From Gammaproteobacteria bacterium (lineage in GTDB: Bacteria; Pseudomonadota; Gammaproteobacteria; Francisellales; CACEW01): DNA of 64,000 nucleotides. Under the pieces are notes generated by a model. It worked only from the letters and a program-made list of their open reading frames with translations. It did not search any database and was not told where the DNA came from. Position 1 is the stretch's first letter, and the number at the start of each line of letters is the position of its first letter. The stretch lies in assembly GCA_029256015.1 (NCBI GenBank), contig JAQSYQ010000008.1:3041-67040 (forward strand), given 5' to 3'. Of the stretch, positions 38,560 to 48,370 are shown in pieces. The position numbers and the translations under genes were made by a program.

Positions 38560-38564
38560 GATTG

Positions 38565-39017
38565 TTACTCCGTGCTTATCGCCTTGTTATCTCCAGCCAA
38601 TCCGGCTTGTAGGGTATGCCAAGCTAAAGTGGCGCATTTTACCCTCGCAGGATAGTCAGAAACCCCTCTTAATACGCTGAGTTTTCCTAGTTTTTCCAAA
38701 AGCTCAGGATCATGATTATGTTCCTTAACAACTTCATAAAACTGTTTAAACAAAGTCTGAGCTGCCTCTGTACTCATGCCTTTAATTGCCTGAGTCATTA
38801 AAGAGGCTGAAGCCATAGAGATAGCGCAGCCCCTGCCTTCAAATTTCACATCCACGATCACATCGTTTTCTATAATTAGATAAAGGCTAAGCTCATCTCC
38901 GCATAAAGGGTTGTGGCCCAATTTCACTACAGTGGGGTTTGCAAGCTGCCCAAAATTTCTAGGTTGTCTGCCATGCTCAACGATTAGCTGTTGATAAAGC
39001 TCCCGAATATCACTCAT
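38565..39017 (-). CDS. sufU: SUF-system NifU-family sulfur-transfer protein SufU
   Basis: NPLCGD and GRGCAIS motifs. Directly downstream of sufS, overlapping it. Confidence 0.85.
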   Translation of the reverse strand: MSDIRELYQQLIVEHGRQPRNFGQLANPTVVKLGHNPLCGDELSLYLIIENDVIVDVKFEGRGCAISMASASLMTQAIKGMSTEAAQTLFKQFYEVVKEHNHDPELLEKLGKLSVLRGVSDYPARVKCATLAWHTLQAGLAGDNKAISTE

Positions 39018-40249
39018 GAGAATAACTCCTGAACATGCTGCAAGGCTTTGATCAAAGCATCAATCTCGGCAAAAGTATTGTAGATACCAAATGAGACCCT
39101 GGCCGTTGCCGCCACATTAAAAAACTGCATCACGGGCATTGCACAGTGATGCCCAGCCCGAATAGCCACTCCGCTGTGATCGACTATGCTGCCGATATCA
39201 TGAGGATGAATATCTTTTAAAATAAAGGAAATAACCGGGGCTTTATGCTTGGCATTGCCGATAATCCTCAAGCCGTTTATTTCATTTAAGCGCTCTGTAG
39301 CATAGTGCAAGAGCTGAGTTTCATAAGCCCTAATGGCTTCGAGTCCCAGCTTGCTGAGATATTCAACTGCGGCACCCAGGCCAATTGCCCCTGCAATATT
39401 GGGAGTTCCCGCTTCAAACTTATAAGGCAACTCATTGAATTCGGTCTTTTCAAATGTCACAGTTCTAATCATATCGCCGCCGCCTTGATAAGGCGGCATT
39501 TTTTCAAGTAAAGCTTCTTTGGCGTACAAGACGCCAATTCCGGTCGGGCCGTACATTTTATGCCCTGAAAAAGCAAAAAAGTCGCAATCCAGTTCTTGCA
39601 CATTGATAGCGCCATGTAGAATAGACTGAGCCCCGTCTAGTAGCACCGGCACATTGTGTGAATGGGCCATTTCAATGATTTTCTTGGCGGGGTTAATCGT
39701 CCCTAAGGCATTGGAAATATGAACCATAGCCAGCAGCTTGGTTTTTTCATTAAATAGCTCAGGGAGTTTGTCTAGCTTAAGCTCGCCGTTTTCATCCATG
39801 GGCAGCACTTTTAATTGAATGCCCAGTTGCTGGCCTAAAATCTGCCAGGGCACAATATTGGCATGATGTTCCATTGCTGTGAGAATAACCTCATCCCCTT
39901 GTTTGAAATGGGAAAGGCCATAAGTTTGCGCTACCAGATTAATGGCTTCAGTCGTGCCTCTTACAAAAATAATTTCATTAGTGCTTTTGGCATGAATAAA
40001 TTCTTTAATTAATTTTCTGGCACCCTCATAAAGCGCCGTAGCCTGCTCGCTTAAAGCATAAATTCCTCGATGAACATTGGCATTACTCGTCTCATAAAAG
40101 CTTTGCATCGCGTTCAAAACGGCTTTGGGTTTCTGGGTAGTCGAAGCATTATCCAAATAAACCAAAGGCGCTCCGCTCATGCTTTGCTGCAAAATCGGAA
40201 AATCCTGTCTGATGTATTCAATGTCCCAATTGAGCGTATTTTTGTTCAT
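39014..40249 (-). CDS. sufS: cysteine desulfurase SufS (group II)
   Basis: PLP site SGHKMYGPTG and active-site RAGHHCA. Confidence 0.95.
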   Translation of the reverse strand: MNKNTLNWDIEYIRQDFPILQQSMSGAPLVYLDNASTTQKPKAVLNAMQSFYETSNANVHRGIYALSEQATALYEGARKLIKEFIHAKSTNEIIFVRGTTEAINLVAQTYGLSHFKQGDEVILTAMEHHANIVPWQILGQQLGIQLKVLPMDENGELKLDKLPELFNEKTKLLAMVHISNALGTINPAKKIIEMAHSHNVPVLLDGAQSILHGAINVQELDCDFFAFSGHKMYGPTGIGVLYAKEALLEKMPPYQGGGDMIRTVTFEKTEFNELPYKFEAGTPNIAGAIGLGAAVEYLSKLGLEAIRAYETQLLHYATERLNEINGLRIIGNAKHKAPVISFILKDIHPHDIGSIVDHSGVAIRAGHHCAMPVMQFFNVAATARVSFGIYNTFAEIDALIKALQHVQELFS

Positions 40250-40250
40250 A

Positions 40251-41552
40251 TTAATCTCTTAGCAAAAAGTGTTGCTGCATTTTGGCTTCAAGCAATCCCT
40301 GCAAATAGTTTTTGATGTCTTCTTGCTGAATCTCGTTCAATAATTCCAGAACAAAGCCTTGAGTCAACATCAATTTGGCAGCCTGCAACTCGATGCCTCG
40401 ACTTTGCAAATAAAATAAAGCTTGCTCATCCAGCTGGCCAATGGTTGCGCCGTGGCTACATTTTACATCATCCGAATAAATCTCGAGCTCAGGTTTGGTA
40501 TCGATCTCAGCGGTATTAGAGAGCAATAAATTATGGTTAGATTGTCTTGCATCCACTGCTTTAATATTAGGGTGGACCATGACCTTGCCATTGAAGACTC
40601 CATGGGCTTTTTGATCGACAACTCCTTTATATACCTCAATGCTTTTAGTATGAGAGGCTATATGATCCACCCGGGTATGATAATCAGTATGCGAAGTGCC
40701 GGTTAATACATAAATCCCTTTCATCTCACACATTGCCTCAGGCTCAAGCAAGCTACTGTGCAGATCATAGCGGCCTATATAACTACCGAGGGCGATATTG
40801 AATAATCGGGCCTGGCTTAAGCGCTTTTGTTCTATGGATAGCCAAGAAAATTGAGACAATAAAGGCAGATTTCGCTGAAGACCAATGCATTGAAATTGAG
40901 CTTCGCTTTCTAGATACACTTGGGTAACACTATTAGATAACACATGTAAGCGACTCTGACTTTGCGGGTCTTCTATCAAAGTTAATGCACTGGAATGTCC
41001 CAGCACAATAATATTACGGTAAAAAGTTGCGACAGGTTCTCTTTGTTCACTATGCAAATAAATCATCTGCAAAGGCTTATCTAACACACAATCCGCAGGC
41101 AATCTTATCCATAAGCCATCGCTCATCAAAGCCTGATTTAAAGCGGCCATAGGCTGCTCTTTATAGTTCATAGGCCTTAAGTATCTCAATACCTCTTCAG
41201 TGTCCATTAGCAAAGCTTCTTGTAAGCTCATGACTTCAACTGCTTTTGGAAGTTGGCTTAATTCCGGACAAAATTCTCCATCCAGTAAAACGGCTTGATA
41301 AGTATTGGGGCAGACTTCAAACTGAGGGAACTTAGCCGGCTTTTTAGCTAGGGCTTTAAAGTGATAGTGATTCAGCAGCTTTTTTAAATCCGTGTATTTC
41401 CACTGTTCCCATTTTCGATCAGGCCAGCCTTCATTTAAAAATTCTTTCCAGGCTTCCGCTCGCATAGCGCTTATTTCGGAAAGGTTTTCCCCAAACAGAT
41501 TAAGGTTAGGTCTTATAATGCTTGCTTGTGCATTCATACTAAATCCAGCCAT
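40251..41552 (-). CDS. sufD: Fe-S cluster assembly protein SufD
   Basis: SufBD beta-helix domain; operon position. An alternative ATG at 41537 lies 1 nt after the sufC stop. Confidence 0.9.
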   Translation of the reverse strand: MAGFSMNAQASIIRPNLNLFGENLSEISAMRAEAWKEFLNEGWPDRKWEQWKYTDLKKLLNHYHFKALAKKPAKFPQFEVCPNTYQAVLLDGEFCPELSQLPKAVEVMSLQEALLMDTEEVLRYLRPMNYKEQPMAALNQALMSDGLWIRLPADCVLDKPLQMIYLHSEQREPVATFYRNIIVLGHSSALTLIEDPQSQSRLHVLSNSVTQVYLESEAQFQCIGLQRNLPLLSQFSWLSIEQKRLSQARLFNIALGSYIGRYDLHSSLLEPEAMCEMKGIYVLTGTSHTDYHTRVDHIASHTKSIEVYKGVVDQKAHGVFNGKVMVHPNIKAVDARQSNHNLLLSNTAEIDTKPELEIYSDDVKCSHGATIGQLDEQALFYLQSRGIELQAAKLMLTQGFVLELLNEIQQEDIKNYLQGLLEAKMQQHFLLRD

Positions 41553-42276
41553 AGCCTTTTTCTTCTAATTCCAAAGCCAGCTCTTTACCGCCTGACTTAA
41601 CGATTTTTCCCTCAGACAACACATGCACATAATCAGGCACAATATAATTTAGCAAGCGCTGATAGTGAGTAATCACAATAAAACTGCGATTTGGATCTCT
41701 AAGATGATTGACCCCTTGTGAAACCATTTGCAAAGCGTCAATATCAAGGCCTGAGTCGGTTTCATCTAAAATAGCCAACTTAGGTTCCAGTAGCAGCATT
41801 TGCAGGACTTCATTACGCTTTTTCTCCCCGCCTGAAAAACCGGCATTTACCGCCCGGTTAAGAAACTTTTCATCCATGCTGACTAGTTTCATTTTGTCCT
41901 TAATCAGCCCCATAAAATCTATCGCATCCAACGGCTCTTTGGCTTGTGCTTTTAACAAAGTGTTATAAGCAGCCCTTAAAAAGTAAACGTTATTCACTCC
42001 GGGGATTTCAATGGGATATTGAAAAGCCAAAAACAAACCCAGTAGAGCCCGCTCTTGGGGATCGAGGCTTAATAAGTCTTGCCCCAAGAAACTGATCGAT
42101 CCCTCAGTGACTTCATAGCCTTCTTTACCGGCCAATACATTGCCCAGTGTGCTTTTTCCAGCGCCGTTTGGCCCCATAATGGCATGAACCTCTCCTTCTT
42201 TAACAGAAAGATTTAAACCTTTTAAAATGGCTTTGCCGTTCACGTTGACGTGTAAATTTTTAATTTCTAGTAACAT
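41539..42276 (-). CDS. sufC: Fe-S cluster assembly ATPase SufC
   Basis: Walker A GPNGAGKST and signature FSGGEKKR. Start trimmed to MLLEIKNL, because the ORF-track extension 42277-42348 lies in repeat R3b. Confidence 0.95.
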   Translation of the reverse strand: MLLEIKNLHVNVNGKAILKGLNLSVKEGEVHAIMGPNGAGKSTLGNVLAGKEGYEVTEGSISFLGQDLLSLDPQERALLGLFLAFQYPIEIPGVNNVYFLRAAYNTLLKAQAKEPLDAIDFMGLIKDKMKLVSMDEKFLNRAVNAGFSGGEKKRNEVLQMLLLEPKLAILDETDSGLDIDALQMVSQGVNHLRDPNRSFIVITHYQRLLNYIVPDYVHVLSEGKIVKSGGKELALELEEKGYGWI

Positions 42277-42305
42277 TTTCTCACTTCTTCCCATAATATT
42301 TAGAG

Positions 42306-42375
42306 CTGACGCTAAGCGGGGCCCCCAACGACGCAAGTTACTGAGCATGATTGGGGTGCTAAGCGGCAGGACCCC
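42306..42375 (+). repeat. R3 core element, copy b, in the sufB-sufC intercistronic spacer
   Basis: CTGACGCTAAGCGGGGCCCCCAACGACGCAAGTTACTGAGCATGATTGGGGTGCTAAGCGGCAGGACCCC is about 90% identical to the core of copy a. It lacks the 21-bp outer arms. Confidence 0.85.
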
Positions 42376-42380
42376 GGCAG

Positions 42381-43817
42381 CTACCCAACTGCCCCTTCCA
42401 AACTCACTTCCATCAATTTCTGCGCTTCTACTGCAAACTCCAACGGCAACTGCTTAAATACTTCTTTACAAAACCCATTGACTATCATGGCTATGGCATC
42501 TTCTTCGCTTAAGCCTCTTTGCAAGCAATAAAACAACTGGTCTTCTGAAATTTTCGAAGTAGTGGCCTCATGCTCAATTTGTGCGGTCTTATTTTTTACT
42601 TCAATATAAGGAAAAGTATGGGCCCCGCATTGATGCCCGATCAGCAAAGAATCACACTGAGTATAGTTTCTGGCATTATTTGCAGTAGGGCTAACCCTTA
42701 CCAGGCCTCGGTAAGCATTTTGGCCTTTAGCGGCGGAAATTCCCTTTGAAATAATGGTGCTAGTGGTATTTTTACCGATATGGATCATTTTAGTACCGGT
42801 ATCGGCCTGCTGATATTTATTGGTTAAAGCCACCGAGTAAAACTCACCGACGCTTTCATCGCCTTGTAATATCACACTCGGGTATTTCCAGGTAATGGCA
42901 GATCCTGTTTCAACCTGGGTCCAAGAAATTTTGGAGCGGAAGCCTTTACATATGCCACGCTTAGTGACGAAATTGTAGATTCCGCCTTTGCCGTTTTCAT
43001 CTCCAGGATACCAGTTTTGTACGGTGGAATATTTAATTTGAGCGTTTTCTAATGCCACTAATTCGACCACTGCCGCGTGCAGTTGGTTTTCATCCCGCAT
43101 TGGCGCTGTACAGCCCTCTAGATAGCTTACAAAGCTGCCTTCATCCGCAATAATTAAAGTCCGCTCAAACTGCCCGGTGTTGGCGGCGTTAATTCTGAAA
43201 TAGGTCGAAAGCTCCATTGGGCAACGCACACCTTTTGGAATATAGACAAAGGAGCCGTCACTGAACACAGCTGAGTTCAATGCAGCGAAATAGTTGTCTC
43301 CTTGCGGGACCACGCTGCCTAGATACTGTTGAATTAAATCAGGATATTTTTGTACCGCTTCTGAAAATGAACAAAATATCACACCCGCTTCAGCCAGTTT
43401 ATCTTTAAAAGTGGTGGCCACTGAAACGCTGTCAAACACGGCATCAACTGCCACTCCAGCCAGCCATTCTCTTTCATGCAATGGCACACCAAGCTTGTCG
43501 TAAGTTTCCAGTAATTTAGGGTCTACCTCATCCAAGCTTTTGGGTGCATTTTCTTTAGATTTAGGCGCGGCATAATAGCTGATGGACTGATAATCGATGG
43601 GATCATAATAAAGGTGCTGCCAAGTGGGCGGCTGCATTTCTTTCCAAAGGCGATAGGCTTTTAAGCGCCACTCTAATAAAAACTCCGGCTCATTTTTTTT
43701 GGCAGAAATCCGGCGAATTACGGATTCATCCAAGCCAGGAGCGAAGCTCTCTGTTTCTATCTGAGTGACAAAACCATGTTTATATTCTTTATTAACCAGC
43801 TTATCTAATTCTTTCAT
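42381..43817 (-). CDS. sufB: Fe-S cluster assembly scaffold SufB
   Basis: Highly conserved SufB sequence ([23 protein letters not shown]). Confidence 0.97.
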   Translation of the reverse strand: MKELDKLVNKEYKHGFVTQIETESFAPGLDESVIRRISAKKNEPEFLLEWRLKAYRLWKEMQPPTWQHLYYDPIDYQSISYYAAPKSKENAPKSLDEVDPKLLETYDKLGVPLHEREWLAGVAVDAVFDSVSVATTFKDKLAEAGVIFCSFSEAVQKYPDLIQQYLGSVVPQGDNYFAALNSAVFSDGSFVYIPKGVRCPMELSTYFRINAANTGQFERTLIIADEGSFVSYLEGCTAPMRDENQLHAAVVELVALENAQIKYSTVQNWYPGDENGKGGIYNFVTKRGICKGFRSKISWTQVETGSAITWKYPSVILQGDESVGEFYSVALTNKYQQADTGTKMIHIGKNTTSTIISKGISAAKGQNAYRGLVRVSPTANNARNYTQCDSLLIGHQCGAHTFPYIEVKNKTAQIEHEATTSKISEDQLFYCLQRGLSEEDAIAMIVNGFCKEVFKQLPLEFAVEAQKLMEVSLEGAVG

Positions 43818-44226
43818 TTCTCTGCCCAGGGTTTTGTCCCATTTGCACTAAACTCACTTCGCTCAAGGCTTTTTTAACTATTTTGTTGATGACTAGCCAG
43901 TTTTCTTTATTAACGCATTGGCTTGAAATAACACAATTGCCCAAAGGATGAGAGCATTCTGTCAACGCTAAAGGCCCATCTATTGCTTCTACAATATCAG
44001 CTAAACTAATCTGCTCAGAGGCTCTAGCCAGCTGATAGCCGCCATTGGCGCCTCTTTCTGAAACCAGTAGACCCGCTTTAAGGAGTTGCTTTAATAGTTT
44101 TCGAACGGTAGGAAGGTGAATAGCCGTGCACTGAGCAATTTCAGCCGCACTTAACGCTTGGTTAATGGCTGACATATTTCTCATAATAACAGCGGCATAA
44201 TCCGCAAGCCTGCTAATTCTTAACAT
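43801..44226 (-). CDS. Rrf2-family transcriptional regulator (IscR/SufR-like) with a Cys triad
   Basis: N-terminal wHTH ([11 protein letters not shown]...) and C..(N)C....C in the C-terminal part. First gene of the suf operon. Confidence 0.85.
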   Translation of the reverse strand: MLRISRLADYAAVIMRNMSAINQALSAAEIAQCTAIHLPTVRKLLKQLLKAGLLVSERGANGGYQLARASEQISLADIVEAIDGPLALTECSHPLGNCVISSQCVNKENWLVINKIVKKALSEVSLVQMGQNPGQRNERIR

Positions 44227-44247
44227 AGTATACCAAAATGGTGCTAA

Positions 44248-44289
44248 TTAAAGTATGCGTACTTTAAGAAAAACTAGGTGGAATGTCAA
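44248..44289 (-). promoter_or_regulatory. candidate sigma-70 promoter of the suf operon with an overlapping palindromic operator
   Basis: On the minus strand: TTGACA (44289-44284), 17 nt, TAAAGT (44266-44261). The inverted repeat TTAAAGTA-N4-TACTTTAA (44248-44267) covers the -10. Confidence 0.5.
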
Positions 44290-44293
44290 CCAG

Positions 44294-45376
44294 CTATTTA
44301 GCTGAGCGCCATGTCCAGCGGCTATTAGCAAAATAATTCCAGAATGTAGCGATGGCAATACCACTAAACTGGCCGAGCAATTCATGCCAGCCTAAGACTA
44401 AGAAAATCTTTAGGGTGAGCGCAGTGAGGCCAATCCCAACCAGAGAAACACTCACAAATTGTACGAATCGCTTTAGCTGATATCGCTTCCCAGTAGCCCC
44501 ATGACCTCTCCACGTCACCAAATCGTTCCATATAAAATTATTTTGCATGGCGATAAATGAAGAGCTGATGGAGGAAATAATAGGATCAAACTTAAGCCCA
44601 TAAAAAAACAAAGCAAATACCAGTAAATTAACCACCACTCCCGTAATGCCCACTGCACAGAACAAATAGAATCGGCGGTCTTCAGGGGAGTTCAAAACCA
44701 ACTTGCCGATATGCTTTAAATAGTTCCACTGCTCCTTTAAGCTCATTTTTGATTCACCGGCATTTCGGTCAACAAACTCATAAGGGATTTCAGCAACTTT
44801 GGAATAACGCCCTTTAACCAATACTTCCATCAGGATTTTCCATCCAATGGGGTCGAGTTTAGCCTGTTCAATGACTTTTTTGTCAATCCCAAAGTAACCG
44901 CCTGTGCAGTCTGAAATGGGGCGAAGCCTCTTTAAGGCAATTTGCCCGATCATTCTTGCAGTCCAAGATACGAGCTTTCTAAAGGCATTTAGTCCGCCAT
45001 CAGAACCTCCCTGAACAAATCGGCTGGGAATAACGATCTCAGAACCTTGTTTTAACTTTTCTATCATGCTTGGCAACAACTCAGGGGGATGCTGCAAATC
45101 AGCATCCATAACGATTAAATATTGGCCATTTGCTTTTGAAAAACCCTCTACTACCGCAGTTCCTAGCCCTCTGCCTTTATCGCGGTGAACATAATGAATA
45201 CAGGGATCAGCCTCTGATAATTGCTTTAAAACTTCAGGGGTATCATCTTTGCTGTCATCAATAAACCAGATTTCATAGGAAATGGCCAAATGCCCCAAAG
45301 CGGTCTTAATTCTTTGGCTAATGAAGCGTACGTTCTCTCGCTCATTAAATGTTGGAATGATGATACTAAGATCCAT
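44294..45376 (-). CDS. GT2 polyprenol-phosphate glycosyltransferase (Dpm1/ArnC-like) fused to a C-terminal GtrA-like 4-TM domain
   Basis: IIIPTFNE and MDADLQHPP motifs, then the GtrA pattern F..VG....N......F..N..W.W. An alternative GTG start lies at 45406. Confidence 0.8.
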   Translation of the reverse strand: MDLSIIIPTFNERENVRFISQRIKTALGHLAISYEIWFIDDSKDDTPEVLKQLSEADPCIHYVHRDKGRGLGTAVVEGFSKANGQYLIVMDADLQHPPELLPSMIEKLKQGSEIVIPSRFVQGGSDGGLNAFRKLVSWTARMIGQIALKRLRPISDCTGGYFGIDKKVIEQAKLDPIGWKILMEVLVKGRYSKVAEIPYEFVDRNAGESKMSLKEQWNYLKHIGKLVLNSPEDRRFYLFCAVGITGVVVNLLVFALFFYGLKFDPIISSISSSFIAMQNNFIWNDLVTWRGHGATGKRYQLKRFVQFVSVSLVGIGLTALTLKIFLVLGWHELLGQFSGIAIATFWNYFANSRWTWRSAK

Positions 45377-45430
45377 TGCATTGCTCTTGCTTATAAAATT
45401 AAACACTATAAATCTATCGGCATCGTAAAA

Positions 45431-46330
45431 CTAAGCATGAGCTAGTTTAATTTTGCTTTCAGTTTGAAGCTCTTTAAGGAATTCTTGCCAAATTTCAGAT
45501 TCAAGTTTATTGGCCTGTGAAGGATAGCAAAGATAACGGATAGTAATTTCTATACCTGCCGGCGCAGCAAACTTTGCCATTAAAAAGGTTTGAGTGCTAA
45601 GTTGTTGCTCAGCTACAAAGTTATCTTTGGTATAGTGGTCTAGGTGCTTTCTTGCTTCTTCATAATAAGGGTGAACTCGCTGATCGATAATTTGCTTTAA
45701 TATATAACTCGCCTTCTCATGGTCGCTGTCCATAGTCAGCAGCGCTTTAAATTCATGCCAAATAAAGGGAAAGGCATCTGAAAAATTAACCACGGGATTC
45801 GTGATCACCAGACCGTTAGGAACCCTGATAATTCTTCCGGTGGTTTGATCTCCAGACAAATTAGGATTGCATTCCAACAGGTTAAAATAAAATAAGCCCA
45901 TGGCAGTAACATCACCGTAGTAATTCATAATCTGAACTCTATTGCCGGTGGCAAATAAATCACGCCCGTAAATTAAAGCCCATCCCACGAGATTCATAAT
46001 GGTTTCTTTCTGGGTAAGCGTTAAAGCGGCGGCAATAATGCTGAGAAAAGTAATAATGTGCTGGGGGTCATCAATCCATACCCGCCCCATAAAGTAAAAG
46101 GAGACCAGCAAAACCATATAAAAAGCCCGGGTTCTCCAGGTATAGCGTTGTTTTAAATTATCAAAATGATGGTTAATCCAAATGCGGGCTAAGAGATAGC
46201 ATAGCCATAACACCAGCACAATAATGCCTGAAACAAGCAACTCTTTGGAAAAACCGACAGTCTGAACTGTAGAAGCCGCGTCAGTCGCGGCCCCTGGAAT
46301 ATAAAAACCCGGAATACTAGTTTGCGGCAT
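45431..46330 (-). CDS. small-conductance mechanosensitive channel (MscS family)
   Basis: TM helices followed by the GDVTAMGLFYFNL...RIIRVPNG beta-domain. The ATG at 46330 lies 2 nt after the dps stop. Confidence 0.75.
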   Translation of the reverse strand: MPQTSIPGFYIPGAATDAASTVQTVGFSKELLVSGIIVLVLWLCYLLARIWINHHFDNLKQRYTWRTRAFYMVLLVSFYFMGRVWIDDPQHIITFLSIIAAALTLTQKETIMNLVGWALIYGRDLFATGNRVQIMNYYGDVTAMGLFYFNLLECNPNLSGDQTTGRIIRVPNGLVITNPVVNFSDAFPFIWHEFKALLTMDSDHEKASYILKQIIDQRVHPYYEEARKHLDHYTKDNFVAEQQLSTQTFLMAKFAAPAGIEITIRYLCYPSQANKLESEIWQEFLKELQTESKIKLAHA

Positions 46331-46332
46331 AT

Positions 46333-46800
46333 TTACTCGATTAAGCTTCTTAGCATCCAAGCTGTTTTTTCATGGGCTTTCATACGAATGGTGGCTAAAT
46401 CAGCTGTACCATCGTCCCCACCCGCATCGGCTAATTTGAACAACTCGCGAGCTTGACGCGCGCAAGATTCATGACCGTCAACCAGCTGCTTGATCATCTC
46501 TTTCCAAGCAGGAACTTTGGTGGATTCTTTAATACTAGCCAATTTGTGGAACTGGGCTGCACTGCCTGGGGCATATGAGCCTAATGCGCGAATTCTTTCT
46601 GCAATTTCATCGGTCGCAAGCCAAAGCTCATTGTATTGCTCTTCAAACATAACATGCAGGCTTTTGAAATGAGGACCGGTAACGTTCCAATGAAAACCAT
46701 GCGTTTTTAAATAGAGGACATAAGTATCAGCCAGAAAATGGCAGAGACCATTACTAATTGCTTTGCGGTGCTTCTCATCAATACCGATATTGATTTTCAT
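46333..46800 (-). CDS. dps: DNA starvation/stationary-phase protection protein Dps
   Basis: [27 protein letters not shown] ferroxidase-site pattern. Confidence 0.93.
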   Translation of the reverse strand: MKINIGIDEKHRKAISNGLCHFLADTYVLYLKTHGFHWNVTGPHFKSLHVMFEEQYNELWLATDEIAERIRALGSYAPGSAAQFHKLASIKESTKVPAWKEMIKQLVDGHESCARQARELFKLADAGGDDGTADLATIRMKAHEKTAWMLRSLIE

Positions 46801-46832
46801 ATTAGCTCCTTATGCACAGAGTGGACTGTTCT

Positions 46833-48236
46833 CTATTTGTAGCATAACTTTTTGAAATTTTCTTTAGAATGATAGTAATAAAATCCCAATACCGGCACAA
46901 TCATCGCTAACATTCCCGCAATAAATATAATCTCATAGTGCCAAAAGCCTCCCACATCAATTCCAGATGGAGGAATAAATCCGACAATTAAAGTCACAGC
47001 ACAGCCAAATAAGCCCAAAAGACAAGTGATCCACATGCCACATTTTTTGCCCGGAATACTAAAACCTTCTGAAGCCGATTTAAATTTGTACTTTAAAGTA
47101 ACTGCAGCGATAAACATCATCACATACATCAGCATATAAAGCTGGGTGCTTAAATCTGAAAGCAGCCAGTAAGAACCATTTACACTGGGCATCAGCAAAA
47201 ACGCCATACAAAATAGGCTAACTAAAATAGCTTGCACCAGCAATAAATTGGCAGCCACTCCATTCTCGTTTTCTTTAGCCAAAAACTTTGGCAAAAATCC
47301 GGACTGAGAAGCTTGCAGCAAACCTTTGGCAGGGGAAATGACCCAGGTTACCATTCCTCCTAAATTTCCAACCACTAAAGCTGCTGTCATAATGGGAATA
47401 AGCCAACTTAGATGATAGTTAGCAAAAAAATTGCTAAAGGCCTGCATCACTCCATTTACTAAATTAATCTGATTAGCTGGCAGCACCAAAGCAATCGCCA
47501 GGGAGCCCAACAGCATGGTTGTTAATATCATGACCACTGAGATGCTTAAAGCCCTAGGAAAACTTTTATGCGGGTCTTTGACTTCTTTAACGTGAACGGT
47601 CACAAGCTCCATCCCTAAAAAAGCCGTCATAATTGCGATTAAAGCCACCCAGTTGTCAGAAGTATGCAGGTTGGGCAGTAAATTTTCATGAGTAAAATGA
47701 AGTTGGATAGGCTTGCCTAAAAAAAGCCAAATAACGGCCAATATAATGATCAGCCCCATGGGAATTAAAGTGCCGATAATCGTACACAGTTTTGAAAACT
47801 TAGCGGACACATGAAGGCCTTTTAAATTCAACAAAGTTAAGCCCCAGAACACGATCAGAATTACCGAAATCAGATAAGCTTTATTATCAGCCAGTGCAGG
47901 ATTAATAAGATAGGCCAAGGTCCCGGCGATAAAAGATAAAATGGAGGGAAACCAAACCATGGTATTAATCCACTGTAACCAAATGCTCAAAAAAGCAATT
48001 TTTTCACCAAAGGCCAATTTGACCCACTGATAGATTCCACCATGCTCAGGGAAGCTGCTGGAAAGCTCTGCTGAAACTAAGGCACTTGGGATTAAAAATA
48101 CCAAGGCTGATGCAATCGAAAAAAAGATCAAAGCCGTGCCAAATAGAGCGGTTGCCGGCAAGTTTCTGACGCTATCAATCCCGCCGACAATCAGCATCAC
48201 TAAGGCAAATGTGCCTATTTTTTTAATTCCTGTCAT
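46833..48236 (-). CDS. APC-superfamily amino acid permease (GadC/YjeM-like)
   Basis: 12-TM protein with the N-terminal G.FALVMLIVGGIDSVRNLP motif. Confidence 0.8.
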   Translation of the reverse strand: MTGIKKIGTFALVMLIVGGIDSVRNLPATALFGTALIFFSIASALVFLIPSALVSAELSSSFPEHGGIYQWVKLAFGEKIAFLSIWLQWINTMVWFPSILSFIAGTLAYLINPALADNKAYLISVILIVFWGLTLLNLKGLHVSAKFSKLCTIIGTLIPMGLIIILAVIWLFLGKPIQLHFTHENLLPNLHTSDNWVALIAIMTAFLGMELVTVHVKEVKDPHKSFPRALSISVVMILTTMLLGSLAIALVLPANQINLVNGVMQAFSNFFANYHLSWLIPIMTAALVVGNLGGMVTWVISPAKGLLQASQSGFLPKFLAKENENGVAANLLLVQAILVSLFCMAFLLMPSVNGSYWLLSDLSTQLYMLMYVMMFIAAVTLKYKFKSASEGFSIPGKKCGMWITCLLGLFGCAVTLIVGFIPPSGIDVGGFWHYEIIFIAGMLAMIVPVLGFYYYHSKENFKKLCYK

Positions 48237-48294
48237 AAATACCACCACATGTCATTCTGGTTGATTATATATTGGCTTGTCGGATAAATATAAT

Positions 48295-48315
48295 AAAAAA
48301 GGGGCTATAGCCCCT
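48295..48315 (-). terminator. rho-independent terminator after the 121-aa orphan gene
   Basis: GGGGC-TATA-GCCCC followed by T6 on the minus strand. Confidence 0.7.
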
Positions 48316-48370
48316 CAATATTTTAAAGAATGTGTCAAAGCGATGAATTAAACTTCGTAACAGCTGGCTC

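Noticed and set aside
42277-42348. 24-codon N-terminal extension of sufC
   Set aside because: It is encoded by the R3 core repeat. SufC homology starts at MLLEIKNL.
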